From: a virus
DNA length: 64,000 nt
Direction: 5' to 3' (one strand)
Virus record (IMG/VR): IMGVR_UViG_3300012920_000022
Span: 1 to 64,000 of that record
Part shown: one piece after another, positions 39,867-49,544 of the stretch
How the letters are laid out: each line of letters begins with the position of its first letter
Numbering within the stretch: position 1 is the stretch's first letter
The notes under the pieces: model-generated
What the model was told of the DNA's origin: nothing
The model's database searches: none
What the model saw: only the letters and a program-made list of their open reading frames with translations
Position numbers and translations under genes: made by a program

Positions 39867-39886
39867 TCAAAATACTATAAGATCAT

Positions 39887-40651
39887 ATGATTGTACCTGT
39901 TGATAGATCATTCAAAAATACTAATAAAGACTATGTTGGTTTGGTCAAATCCATTGATGTTGATAATCAACAAGGTATATGTAAAATACTTGTTTATGGA
40001 ATTTTTAGTGATCAGATACCCATAGATAAGCTTCCAAATGCTTATCCTATTTATGACTTATCTTTTAATGATACTGGATCTGGTAGATTAATAGTACCAA
40101 AAATTGGGTCTAAAGTTAAGGTTAGATTTGATGGATCAATATATGAACCCAGATATTTTGGTGTAGAAGAACAAGATAATTCATCTACAATCAATAGTTC
40201 TTCATATGAAAATTCTAAATTGTTATTACAAGATGATTCTCAGAATCTATCCATATCATATAATGCTAACGATGGTATTTTTATTAAACACAATGATTCA
40301 TATTTTGTTATTAAACCAGATGGGTCAATAACATTAAATCATGTTAATAGTACCTCCACCATCCAATTAAAGGGTAACGATATAGATATTAACAGCAATG
40401 CCAATGTAGTGATTTCATCTACTAGTCAAGTTACTGTAAATTCAAATAATGTCCATGTTAATGGTTCTACCACTGATATTGGATCTAATCCCATATATAG
40501 TTCAGTTAATGGTGAGCCAATATTTGAACTATTAAATCTATTAGCTACAATAATTGACGCTAAATATCCTAGTAGTCCTGGAACTACCACATCAATCGTC
40601 GGTCAAATGAGAAATTTGATATTGAGTAATACAGTTAAAACATCTCCCTAA
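39887..40651 (+). CDS. Baseplate hub/central spike protein, gp5-like (OB-fold + beta-helix, no lysozyme domain)
   Basis: YVG.V...D....G.CKI.VYG, LP.AYP, VPKIGS.V.V.F.G..Y.P.Y and GE..L..L motifs. Confidence 0.75.
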   Translation: MIVPVDRSFKNTNKDYVGLVKSIDVDNQQGICKILVYGIFSDQIPIDKLPNAYPIYDLSFNDTGSGRLIVPKIGSKVKVRFDGSIYEPRYFGVEEQDNSSTINSSSYENSKLLLQDDSQNLSISYNANDGIFIKHNDSYFVIKPDGSITLNHVNSTSTIQLKGNDIDINSNANVVISSTSQVTVNSNNVHVNGSTTDIGSNPIYSSVNGEPIFELLNLLATIIDAKYPSSPGTTTSIVGQMRNLILSNTVKTSP

Positions 40652-40652
40652 T

Positions 40653-42119
40653 ATGGATATAAAAGATTTGATTAATAATATACCAAACTATGATTCTGCT
40701 AATCTATTAAAGATCATAGAAGATGCTAAAAATTTATCATATGATGATTGTGTGGATAGACCCAGTATTAACAAAATTACTGATGATTGTGTGGATACTG
40801 GAAGTTTATCTGAGTTTAAATTACCAACCATTGATTTAGGCAACATCATACAAAATGAGTTATCACAATGTCAATCACAATGCTTTAGCAATATCAAATC
40901 ACAGATAGATTCATTTGATACAAATATTGGTGATAACATTATGAAATTTTATGAACTTAATAGAATTTTCTATTTGTTTGTGATTCAATCATTTATAGAT
41001 TTATCATTAATAGTGTTAAATGGTGGATCTGGTGATGAAATTAAAAATACGTTTGCTAAGCTATTTCAATATATAGATGGTGGTGATAGATATATTGAAA
41101 TATTAAATAGTGTTATTAATACAAATGATGATCAACCTACCAATAGTTTTGATATTTCTAATATTATTTCTAATATATATGAATTGTTACCAGCAAACTA
41201 TGAATTAAATGATGATTTATCTATATTAGAGGGTAATGAGCAATTTGATGGCTCAATTAGTAATCCTTTGTATCATCAATTTATAGATTTTATGGGCGAT
41301 ATTGATATTAGCAAATTCAATGACATAAAGGATTTTTATAAATCTAAGATAAATGGTTTTGATCTGTTTCTTGGTAAGGTTTTTTCGTTGGGAACTACAA
41401 TATCCAACTATATAATTAATGAGAATTTTTCTATATCACCCATTGGTAAAGATTTTTCAGAATTCATTAATAAATTCACTAATCTATATGGTGAATTTAT
41501 TAATGTGTTTTCACTCACAATGCTTGATGAGACTACATTTGAATGTTGTGGTAACAATGAAATATCAATATCACAAGATCAATTATTGATAAACCAAACT
41601 GAAGATATTAATTTTAATTCCATACCTGATGATAGTATACCTGAAATTACTGAATTGGATTATTGGAAAAAATATTCTACTATCATAAATACTATAAATT
41701 TATTTCCACAATATTGGTCTAAGGGTTTCCCGACTCCCACTGGATTTGTGAATTTTCCCACGATATGGATACCATTATTAGCAATACCATTATTTGGTAA
41801 ATTATTTGTTGTGTTTATTACTATTAATGGAATTTTGATTAGTCCAGTTGTGTGGGAACTGTCCATGGATGGATCTCAGGATGTAAGCAGGTTTACATTG
41901 ATACTTAAAAATAGTGGTGAAATAATAAGTAATGTAACTAAAACCATATCCGATATTAATGTAATTGATGGTATAGACATTGATCCTATTCAATCGCTTT
42001 CTGTTGGATACATCAAGGATGATTTGCCCACATATAATAGGATCAGTTTAAATAATGCCAATTTAATTAAGTATATCAATGAATGGCTATTAGTTAGCTC
42101 TAAAAGTTTGGGCATTTAA
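40653..42119 (+). CDS. Hypothetical baseplate-associated protein
   Basis: 488 aa, directly after the gp5-like gene; YWKKY..W..G.P.P...P.IWIPL. Confidence 0.5.
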   Translation: MDIKDLINNIPNYDSANLLKIIEDAKNLSYDDCVDRPSINKITDDCVDTGSLSEFKLPTIDLGNIIQNELSQCQSQCFSNIKSQIDSFDTNIGDNIMKFYELNRIFYLFVIQSFIDLSLIVLNGGSGDEIKNTFAKLFQYIDGGDRYIEILNSVINTNDDQPTNSFDISNIISNIYELLPANYELNDDLSILEGNEQFDGSISNPLYHQFIDFMGDIDISKFNDIKDFYKSKINGFDLFLGKVFSLGTTISNYIINENFSISPIGKDFSEFINKFTNLYGEFINVFSLTMLDETTFECCGNNEISISQDQLLINQTEDINFNSIPDDSIPEITELDYWKKYSTIINTINLFPQYWSKGFPTPTGFVNFPTIWIPLLAIPLFGKLFVVFITINGILISPVVWELSMDGSQDVSRFTLILKNSGEIISNVTKTISDINVIDGIDIDPIQSLSVGYIKDDLPTYNRISLNNANLIKYINEWLLVSSKSLGI

Positions 42120-42122
42120 ATT

Positions 42123-42482
42123 ATGAATAAACAAATCAAAAAACTATTATCAACTGATGCTTATGATAAACATGAAATCAGTAAACTCATAGATGAAAAA
42201 TGTGATTTTACCACATTATTTCCTGGTGATAAATTGAGAATTCACTGGGATGTTAGTTTGAATGAAATTAAAATACATGATTTATGTTATGTTATTTCAT
42301 TACCCCACATGGAACCCACCCCGTTTAACTTTATATTACATTTCCCAATTCATGTTAATAGTGGTATGGATGAGAAGTCAATCAATCAATGGTTCCATAT
42401 TTATGAATTATTATCTGATCCCACGATTATTAAACTAACTAAGCTTGATGATGAAGATGATGAATATATGGGCGCATTATAG
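42123..42482 (+). CDS. Hypothetical protein
   Basis: 119-aa ORF. Confidence 0.6.
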   Translation: MNKQIKKLLSTDAYDKHEISKLIDEKCDFTTLFPGDKLRIHWDVSLNEIKIHDLCYVISLPHMEPTPFNFILHFPIHVNSGMDEKSINQWFHIYELLSDPTIIKLTKLDDEDDEYMGAL

Positions 42483-42704
42483 ATCGTCATGTTTTATTAT
42501 ATGCGTATCTTTGTTTTCATCTATTAATATTATGTCATTTTCAGATATACCATAATAATCAATTAATTCTACCATGCATCTTTTATTAGATTTTTTGGTG
42601 TTTTTATTGAAGACCATATTATATATATCAATTGCATTGTTATCCAATACTTTTAATTCATGAATACTCGATAAATTAAAAGGTATATATGTTAATTTAC
42701 TCAT
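42477..42704 (-). CDS. Hypothetical protein
   Basis: 75-aa ORF filling the gap. Confidence 0.45.
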   Translation of the reverse strand: MSKLTYIPFNLSSIHELKVLDNNAIDIYNMVFNKNTKKSNKRCMVELIDYYGISENDIILIDENKDTHIIKHDDL

Positions 42705-42745
42705 ATATTATGTAACGTAATTGTAAACTTATTCATAAGTTATAT

Positions 42746-43426
42746 ATGAATAAGTTTATGATCATAAAAGATATTGAAGAAACTAGCAACTATATTTCTA
42801 GTGTGAAAAATCAATTTATAAACTATGCCAAATCCATAGGGTTTGATGTAATATTTTTTGATGGTGATGGTGTAGTGTATATAGATGGCGTTGCATTGAA
42901 ATGCACCATAGGGAAAACATACTTATTCATAGATAATTCTAACTGGTTCAATAATCCTATTAAGACCCAAATAAAATATAATACCCATCTTAATAATCGC
43001 AAATATAAATCTAAATTGGAATGGATTTATAAAACAACACTATTAAAGCAAAAGATATCTGTGGATTTTGATAATAGGTCAAGATATTTAAATATTTTAT
43101 CATCCGTAATTCAATCAATAGAACATTGGGGTGGGATATCTGGATATGAAATAATTGATGGAGGTGCATTAATATTCATATCAACTGGTGAATATTCTGT
43201 TGAATTACTATTGAAATATCCCAGTATGCTTTATGAAATATATATCACTGAGATTTTTGGAACCATCTTTAATAATCCTCTAAAATCTAGTAACGATTTT
43301 AAGTTAATATATGGTAGTATTAAAAAATTAGAGAAATCTATATTTTTAATATATTCAGCTATATGTTATAAAATTAAAGACCATGAGGACAATATATCTG
43401 AGCATACCCTATTACTTGAGGAATAA
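42746..43426 (+). CDS. Hypothetical protein
   Basis: 226-aa ORF. Confidence 0.6.
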   Translation: MNKFMIIKDIEETSNYISSVKNQFINYAKSIGFDVIFFDGDGVVYIDGVALKCTIGKTYLFIDNSNWFNNPIKTQIKYNTHLNNRKYKSKLEWIYKTTLLKQKISVDFDNRSRYLNILSSVIQSIEHWGGISGYEIIDGGALIFISTGEYSVELLLKYPSMLYEIYITEIFGTIFNNPLKSSNDFKLIYGSIKKLEKSIFLIYSAICYKIKDHEDNISEHTLLLEE

Positions 43427-43718
43427 TATCAAGATCATAAACATACACGATAGACTATCGCTACATTTTAATATTATAAACCCATATCATATACCTTGGT
43501 TTAGCCACAAAACTCATATGGATATGATATTAAATTCAGATGCTATAGTATATCTGGGTGATAATGATTCTGTTACATTTGGTTGCTATAAAGAGATATT
43601 GATGTATTCTAAATTTGGCAAAACAAAAAAGATATTTGATAGTAAATTAAGGATATCAAAAATTTCACTTAAACCAAAATATAATAGATTAGATACTGCA
43701 ATATTAATTAACATATAA
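43383..43718 (+). CDS. Nucleoside 2-deoxyribosyltransferase-like (NDT-fold) protein
   Basis: IYLSIPY..IINP..SDAIVYL..S..GC..EI pattern. Confidence 0.45.
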   Translation: MRTIYLSIPYYLRNNIKIINIHDRLSLHFNIINPYHIPWFSHKTHMDMILNSDAIVYLGDNDSVTFGCYKEILMYSKFGKTKKIFDSKLRISKISLKPKYNRLDTAILINI

Positions 43719-43730
43719 ATAATAACAAGG

Positions 43731-44429
43731 ATGACCATTAACAAGGATGATTTGGAAAGTGAGGTATTAGATTTAATAGTTTCCAATAACCCAGATAATA
43801 TTGATAAGGCTTTTCATATTTTACAAAATAATAAAGAATTAATAAACGAAGTTTTATTACCTTTATTACCCAATTACCCATACTATTGTGCGAAATATTG
43901 TATATGTAATGATTTAGTATATTCATTAACACTTCTCGATGATAGTTTTCCAGATTATTTGTTTAATTTACATAACCTTATTAGTATATCAATATATGAA
44001 AGAGGCACAATTAACACATCACTTGACTTTGTGAATAAGTTTCCTAAATTAGAATTTTTGGGTTTAAAGAATTTTGTATTTAGTAAATTTCCCAGATGCC
44101 TGTTTGATCATCCAAATCTTAAAGCCATAGATTTTTCTAATACCAATATATCTGAATTTAATTTTAGATTATCTAAAATTAATACCAATATTGTGTATAT
44201 TAATTTAGATAATACCAATTTAACAGAATTACCAAAATTTTTGTTTGATATTATCCATCTTAGTGAGTTGGATATACACAATAATCCTAATGTAAAATTA
44301 GATGGATTTGATAAATTACATGGATTGGTATCTCTGGGTGTTATTAATTGTGGAATAAATGATATACCTGCGTATATTAATTTACCACCTAGTTTTAAAA
44401 AGCTAAAATTAGGTAATAATTGTTATTAA
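43731..44429 (+). CDS. LRR protein
   Basis: LIVSNNPDNIDKAF cap, YPYYC, repeats such as LDNTNLTELPKFLFDI..LSELDIHNN. Confidence 0.8.
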   Translation: MTINKDDLESEVLDLIVSNNPDNIDKAFHILQNNKELINEVLLPLLPNYPYYCAKYCICNDLVYSLTLLDDSFPDYLFNLHNLISISIYERGTINTSLDFVNKFPKLEFLGLKNFVFSKFPRCLFDHPNLKAIDFSNTNISEFNFRLSKINTNIVYINLDNTNLTELPKFLFDIIHLSELDIHNNPNVKLDGFDKLHGLVSLGVINCGINDIPAYINLPPSFKKLKLGNNCY

Positions 44430-44430
44430 C

Positions 44431-45237
44431 ATGAATAGATTTTCTGGTCATAAAAATAAACTATGTAGTTCTTATTCATTGAATAGATATTATAAACTAT
44501 ACCCCATATCTGATCCTGTAACTGATTTGGGGATACCAAAAGTTTCATTCTCATCATTAAAATACTGGCTAACTACGTTTGGTCTGGTTAATAGTGATTA
44601 TTCTCCCAATTTTTTATATGATAAATTGATGGAAAAAGATCCTGAATTTTTAAATTGTGATACTTATGCATTGATTCATCATAATATGATTGTTAATTCC
44701 AGATCAATATTATACTATGAGATGTTTTCTGAGTTTATACCAACTAAGATAGATCATTTTACCACCAATCATCTACTTAGGTTTATTATCAACAAATATG
44801 GTAACGATAGCAATTATAATACTATTGCTAATGATATTAATATGGCATTAAAATTATACATTGATAACTCATCCCCATTTGATGATAAATTTACCATGAG
44901 TCAACTTAGATTATTAATAATTGATTACATTGATGAAGATAAGATTAATTATTTCAAGATGAACCCATATGTTAATTTATCTTTGAATATTATGCTATAT
45001 GCTATTATATGTCTTTGGGGTGGTAAAAGTATCATATCATTAAAGGAATATTTTAAATCACCATATTCTCCACACATAATATATGGGTTAAATATAGACA
45101 AATCTATGTCTCTATTAACCGAATTATCTAATAAATATAATGGTATAATTATAATTAACCCCCATGATAGGACTATCACCATAAATACTAGTCTGACTTG
45201 TAAAGATATGTTAATTAAATATTTGTGGGATAATTAG
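44431..45237 (+). CDS. DUF4007 (SspB-like) protein, divergent
   Basis: FSGH start, DLG..K...LKYWL..FGL, DP..L..T..LIH, T...DI and SP..I..L motifs. Confidence 0.65.
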   Translation: MNRFSGHKNKLCSSYSLNRYYKLYPISDPVTDLGIPKVSFSSLKYWLTTFGLVNSDYSPNFLYDKLMEKDPEFLNCDTYALIHHNMIVNSRSILYYEMFSEFIPTKIDHFTTNHLLRFIINKYGNDSNYNTIANDINMALKLYIDNSSPFDDKFTMSQLRLLIIDYIDEDKINYFKMNPYVNLSLNIMLYAIICLWGGKSIISLKEYFKSPYSPHIIYGLNIDKSMSLLTELSNKYNGIIIINPHDRTITINTSLTCKDMLIKYLWDN

Positions 45238-45983
45238 AATATAAAATCTCCATCTTGAGACATAAAAGGAGTATTACTGTTCTCTTCCATTTTCTTCTCC
45301 ACTTTGTCTATTTTTTTCTCCCCGCTATCTTTGATAACATTCCAATCTATTTCATATCCCCCAGGTAATTTTTGCTTGACTAATGCGTTTTGCTTATACA
45401 TGTCGATTTCACCAGTACCAATTACATATCGTTGGAAATCATAATTATCAAACAAAGACTCTTCATCTATATCTATATAACAAGTTGCCACTAAATCAAC
45501 TTGAAAATTTCTACCTTGTATTGTTAAATTTTTGGTATATGAATTATAATCAAATGCTACTGTTTTTATTATTGCAGAATCTAAAAAATCTTGGTATGAA
45601 TCTATTGCTATTGTATATACCAGATCTTCTGGTGATGTTCTGGTACCAATATATCTACCTGTATTACCTTTTCTGTAGTCCAAATCCTTGCTACTACTAA
45701 AGATTCCTCTACCACCAACTTCTGATAATCCGTATACATTCCTGGTGCACTTTGGCATTTTTATGTTTCTTCTGTTATTATTCTTGAAATCTTTGGTATT
45801 CATTGCTTTTGTGGGTATGATCATATATACAGATTCATTGGCTACTTCTGTCCAATTATCCCTAAACATTTCAAGAGTATCATCTATTATGTTATCTATG
45901 GCTTTACTGGTTAGATTTACTGGTATACCACATCCCTGGCTTATCCTTGATTTTATGAAACTTACGAAACTCAATCTATCCAT
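45234..45983 (-). CDS. Neck protein, T4 gp13-like
   Basis: PVNLT...IDNIIDD.LE.F, F.YNSYTKNL.I.G, F.RY..G and KLPGG.EID motifs. Confidence 0.75.
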   Translation of the reverse strand: MDRLSFVSFIKSRISQGCGIPVNLTSKAIDNIIDDTLEMFRDNWTEVANESVYMIIPTKAMNTKDFKNNNRRNIKMPKCTRNVYGLSEVGGRGIFSSSKDLDYRKGNTGRYIGTRTSPEDLVYTIAIDSYQDFLDSAIIKTVAFDYNSYTKNLTIQGRNFQVDLVATCYIDIDEESLFDNYDFQRYVIGTGEIDMYKQNALVKQKLPGGYEIDWNVIKDSGEKKIDKVEKKMEENSNTPFMSQDGDFIF

Positions 45984-45986
45984 TAT

Positions 45987-46042
45987 TAACTCTCCTTTTT
46001 TGTTATTTATTTTGTGGGATAAATAACAAAAAAGGAGAGTTA
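45987..46042. repeat. Perfect 24-bp inverted repeat; each arm holds a late promoter-like ATAAATAA and an AAGGAG RBS
   Basis: taactctccttttttgttatttat-tttgtggg-ataaataacaaaaaaggagagtta. Confidence 0.9.
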
Positions 46043-46043
46043 C

Positions 46044-47054
46044 GTGAATAATAAAACTCTATTAACACTACTGGATAATTTTCCAGATTGTGTAATATAT
46101 GTGTATGATTACGACTATATTGTTCAATATATTGGGGGTTCTGATTCAAATAATACAAATGATTATGGTAAACATTTAAACGATGTATTGGGTGATGATC
46201 TATATAGATATTTGGAATATTATATCTCTAAATCTATTAGAGATAACACTACTATAAAAATTAATCATAGTTTAGATGGTAGCACATATCTTAAGACAAT
46301 ATTTAATATAGGTGATGGTCTATTTGCCATGACTAGTATCAATACCTCTGATACTAGTTTTTATCAAAATATGTTGAGAGATAGCAATCACAATTTAAAA
46401 ATTAAAGATAGGCAGTTATATGAGTTATCAATAACTATATCACATCATGTTAGGAATAAAATAACAAATATGATATCTATTTTTGATTTATATGAAAGAG
46501 GATTATATCACGGTGGCAGACTTATAGATGATACATTTAATACCATAATGGAGCTACGTGCGGTTATATTACATTTATCAAAAGTATTGAGAATGAAAGT
46601 AACAGAAGAAGTATCTAGTGATATAAGCTTATTAAGTGTTTTAAATGAATCTAAAAGAAATTTGGTATCAGAATTGATATCATTTGGGGTTAATATATCC
46701 AATAATTTCACATATATGAGTTCGGTTAGTTTTAACAGGTTCTCATTAAGTGTTACATTTACTACTATTATAAAATTTTTGATAGAAAATACCGCATTGG
46801 TAGAAGATAAAGTTATAGACATAACTAGTTCTCGCGATAATGATGGTACCACCATAAATTTCAGGGCTAACTCTATATTATCAATTAATATAGAAAGTAT
46901 ATTTGATTATCAAACCTTCAATACAGATTCTCATGGTAATTTATTTACTATGAGAAATCAATTATCTGCTATGGATAGTGATATAAATATAGCTGTTGGA
47001 GATAATTATACAGATATTACATTAAAAATATGGGAGAATATGATATTAAATTAG
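46044..47054 (+). CDS. PAS-like + HisKA sensor kinase with degenerate ATP-binding domain
   Basis: LLDNFPD..IYVYD PAS-like start; ISHHVRN.ITN H-box; no recognisable N/G1/G2 boxes. Confidence 0.6.
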   Translation: MNNKTLLTLLDNFPDCVIYVYDYDYIVQYIGGSDSNNTNDYGKHLNDVLGDDLYRYLEYYISKSIRDNTTIKINHSLDGSTYLKTIFNIGDGLFAMTSINTSDTSFYQNMLRDSNHNLKIKDRQLYELSITISHHVRNKITNMISIFDLYERGLYHGGRLIDDTFNTIMELRAVILHLSKVLRMKVTEEVSSDISLLSVLNESKRNLVSELISFGVNISNNFTYMSSVSFNRFSLSVTFTTIIKFLIENTALVEDKVIDITSSRDNDGTTINFRANSILSINIESIFDYQTFNTDSHGNLFTMRNQLSAMDSDINIAVGDNYTDITLKIWENMILN

Positions 47055-47443
47055 TTGTTGTGGACGCTGACAGTATGTCTACATATCTATTAGGGAAATA
47101 TGTAAATCATGTTGGAGACGAATTATCAATTAAAGTTGAATTCATCCCATTCCATAATATAGATGATGCATTCAACTATCTTACTAAATATGTTCCCAAC
47201 ATATTATTTATAGATCCCACAGACCCATCTAATTTCACATCATCAAACAAAACTGGGTGGGATATGTTAGATAAGTTACCGGATGGTATAATACCACCAT
47301 GTAAGGCATATATATTTACTTCTTATGAATATGGTCATGATTATGTTAGAGCTGAAACTCATGATAAGATTACTGGGTGTGTATTAAAACCATTGGATGT
47401 TGATGTGTTGACAAAGATCATAAAAGACTGTCAATCTGTTTAG
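47030..47443 (+). CDS. Single-domain response regulator (receiver)
   Basis: LVVVDAD, ILFID, GWDML, YIFTS and LKPL motifs. Confidence 0.75.
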   Translation: MGEYDIKLVVVDADSMSTYLLGKYVNHVGDELSIKVEFIPFHNIDDAFNYLTKYVPNILFIDPTDPSNFTSSNKTGWDMLDKLPDGIIPPCKAYIFTSYEYGHDYVRAETHDKITGCVLKPLDVDVLTKIIKDCQSV

Positions 47444-47447
47444 AATC

Positions 47448-47506
47448 ATATGACAATATGTCATATTGGATGAATTGGCACGATTTTTGTAATATTTTAT
47501 GTAAAA
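47448..47506 (+). promoter_or_regulatory. Palindrome + sigma54-like promoter module, copy 2
   Basis: ATATGACAataTGTCATAT-tggatgaa-TTGGCACGATTTTTGTAATATTTtatgtaaaa. Confidence 0.7.
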
Positions 47507-47516
47507 GATTCTTATT

Positions 47517-47768
47517 ATGATCAAAATCACTTATTTGTCATACACATATGCCACCATAATGAAAAATGGTGATGATACTGTTATCACTGTTGACCGTAAA
47601 TTGATATCGGCAAATGATTGGCATATCATTAGATTTGCTTTGGGTGCATTATCGGATACCAGAAAGGTGTTGGATAATCTCATGATTGAGTATACAATAA
47701 AGTCATATAATAGTGACATAGAATATATTGGAAAAGTTGTTAAAAAATTATTTTATTGGGTCAAATGA
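47517..47768 (+). CDS. Hypothetical protein (putative early gene)
   Basis: 83-aa ORF directly after the promoter module. Confidence 0.55.
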   Translation: MIKITYLSYTYATIMKNGDDTVITVDRKLISANDWHIIRFALGALSDTRKVLDNLMIEYTIKSYNSDIEYIGKVVKKLFYWVK

Positions 47769-47983
47769 TAGATACTAACACTCCCATTCTACATGAGTTT
47801 GATAATAAATTTATTATCAAACTAAGTCTTGATAATTCATATCAAATAGCATTAGCCAATTCTATGTTTGATGGAATTTATGTTAATAAAGAATCCATTG
47901 AAGAACTTAATATATTTACTTATGAATTTAATAAAGCTGATATAGATATTTATCAATTGAGTAATCTAATTAAATATCTATAA
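47765..47983 (+). CDS. Hypothetical protein
   Basis: ATGA-coupled start at 47765. Confidence 0.5.
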   Translation: MIDTNTPILHEFDNKFIIKLSLDNSYQIALANSMFDGIYVNKESIEELNIFTYEFNKADIDIYQLSNLIKYL

Positions 47984-48027
47984 CTGAGAATTTTCACATA
48001 TTTTATAACTTAAAAACAAAGATACAT

Positions 48028-49020
48028 ATGCATAATCTAGATTTCAATTCCGAAAGAAACACCTATTCTTATATGGGTACACAAAAAGCTTGGCATGGTC
48101 TTGGACAAATAGTAACCGAAGCTAAGACTGCTCAAGAAGCACTGGTACTTTCCAACATGGATTTTGATGTAATAAAAGTCCCTGTTCCAGCTGGTGAAGT
48201 TGAAATAAATGGTGAGAAATTTATGGTTAAAGATCCCACTAAGAATTATGTTATTAGAACTGACACTGCCGAAGTTTTAGGTACTGTTGGTAGTACCTAT
48301 ACAGTACTCCAGAATCGGGATGCATTTAGTTTTTTTGATAATATTGTTGATAAAGATGAAGCAATATACGAAACTGCTGGTGTTATTAGAGGTGGGAGAC
48401 GTATCTGGATTGCTGCTAAGATGCCAAGCTACATAAAAGTTGGTAATGAAGATATTGAGCAATATGTAGTAATTACTAATGGTCATGATGGTAAATCTGG
48501 TTGTACTGCATTCTTAACCCAAGTAAGAATAGTCTGTGAAAATACTTTGAGATATGGTATTAGCAGTGCTATGAATAAAGTTAGTATACCCCACAGAAGT
48601 AAAATTGCTGAAAAAATTAAAATGGCTCATCAAGTTCTTGGCATGTCCAATAAGTACAATGAAGAGATATCCGATATTTGGAATGCCATGGCTAAAAAGC
48701 AGGTCACTGAGAAGATTACCATGGATTATTTGTTAAAATTATACCCCACTCATGAAGATTCTTCTATAGTTACGGTTACCGATAAATTTAGAGAAGATAT
48801 AATGGAATATATCAATTCGGATGCAACTGTTCAAACTAAAGAAACTAAACATACTGTGTGGGGACTTGTTCAGTCTATCAATGGTTGGTATCAACACAAG
48901 AAAAAATACAGACCTACCAGTAATTTCACCGTAGAGGATGTTAAACTTAACAGCATCTGGGATGGATCAACTCAGAAGAAAAATCAACAAGCATTTGATT
49001 TAGCATTAACATTAATATAG
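48028..49020 (+). CDS. DUF932 (TIGR03299 phage/plasmid-like) protein
   Basis: AWHGLG, RTDT..VLG.VG..Y..LQN..AF.FFD, YETAG..GGRRIW, HDG, T.VRIVC.NTL and T.WG motifs. Confidence 0.85.
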   Translation: MHNLDFNSERNTYSYMGTQKAWHGLGQIVTEAKTAQEALVLSNMDFDVIKVPVPAGEVEINGEKFMVKDPTKNYVIRTDTAEVLGTVGSTYTVLQNRDAFSFFDNIVDKDEAIYETAGVIRGGRRIWIAAKMPSYIKVGNEDIEQYVVITNGHDGKSGCTAFLTQVRIVCENTLRYGISSAMNKVSIPHRSKIAEKIKMAHQVLGMSNKYNEEISDIWNAMAKKQVTEKITMDYLLKLYPTHEDSSIVTVTDKFREDIMEYINSDATVQTKETKHTVWGLVQSINGWYQHKKKYRPTSNFTVEDVKLNSIWDGSTQKKNQQAFDLALTLI

Positions 49021-49028
49021 GATAATAC

Positions 49029-49544
49029 ATGGAAAAATATTTAATATCGTTTGATGTCTACGGGGAAGTAGACATCAAACGCCATACTAGAATTATATTT
49101 AGTAAAAGCTATAAACACGCATTGTTGCTTACTGAATATAAGGTTAAATCATTTTGTCTAGATGCCAATATTAGTATGGATCAGGTGGATGTTCATGAAC
49201 CTGAATTATATGAAAAATTTATTGAACATCAAGATCACAATACTGATTCTATGGATTTCATAGAATATGGTGATGTTGATAGGTCTGTATTTACTCACAT
49301 AGGTTCTATGAACCACATTGTTCAACTCAAGTATGATAATAAAACCAATAATGCATGTGTTGATCAATATCAGCCAAGAAGAAATACTGTTTGGTCTGGT
49401 GATATTGATATACCCAGAGATGAAATGTGTGAATTGTTGAAGGAAAATATAGAACGTATGAAGTTATATATAAATCTTCAATATGAGTTTATACTTGGTT
49501 ACATTGATGATATATATTATTGGGAATATGAAAACAGGGACTAA
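49029..49544 (+). CDS. Hypothetical protein
   Basis: 171-aa ORF. Confidence 0.6.
   Translation: MEKYLISFDVYGEVDIKRHTRIIFSKSYKHALLLTEYKVKSFCLDANISMDQVDVHEPELYEKFIEHQDHNTDSMDFIEYGDVDRSVFTHIGSMNHIVQLKYDNKTNNACVDQYQPRRNTVWSGDIDIPRDEMCELLKENIERMKLYINLQYEFILGYIDDIYYWEYENRD
49049..49080. other. 13-bp stem hairpin at the start of the gene after DUF932
   Basis: gtttgatgtctac-ggggaa-gtagacatcaaac. Confidence 0.5.
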
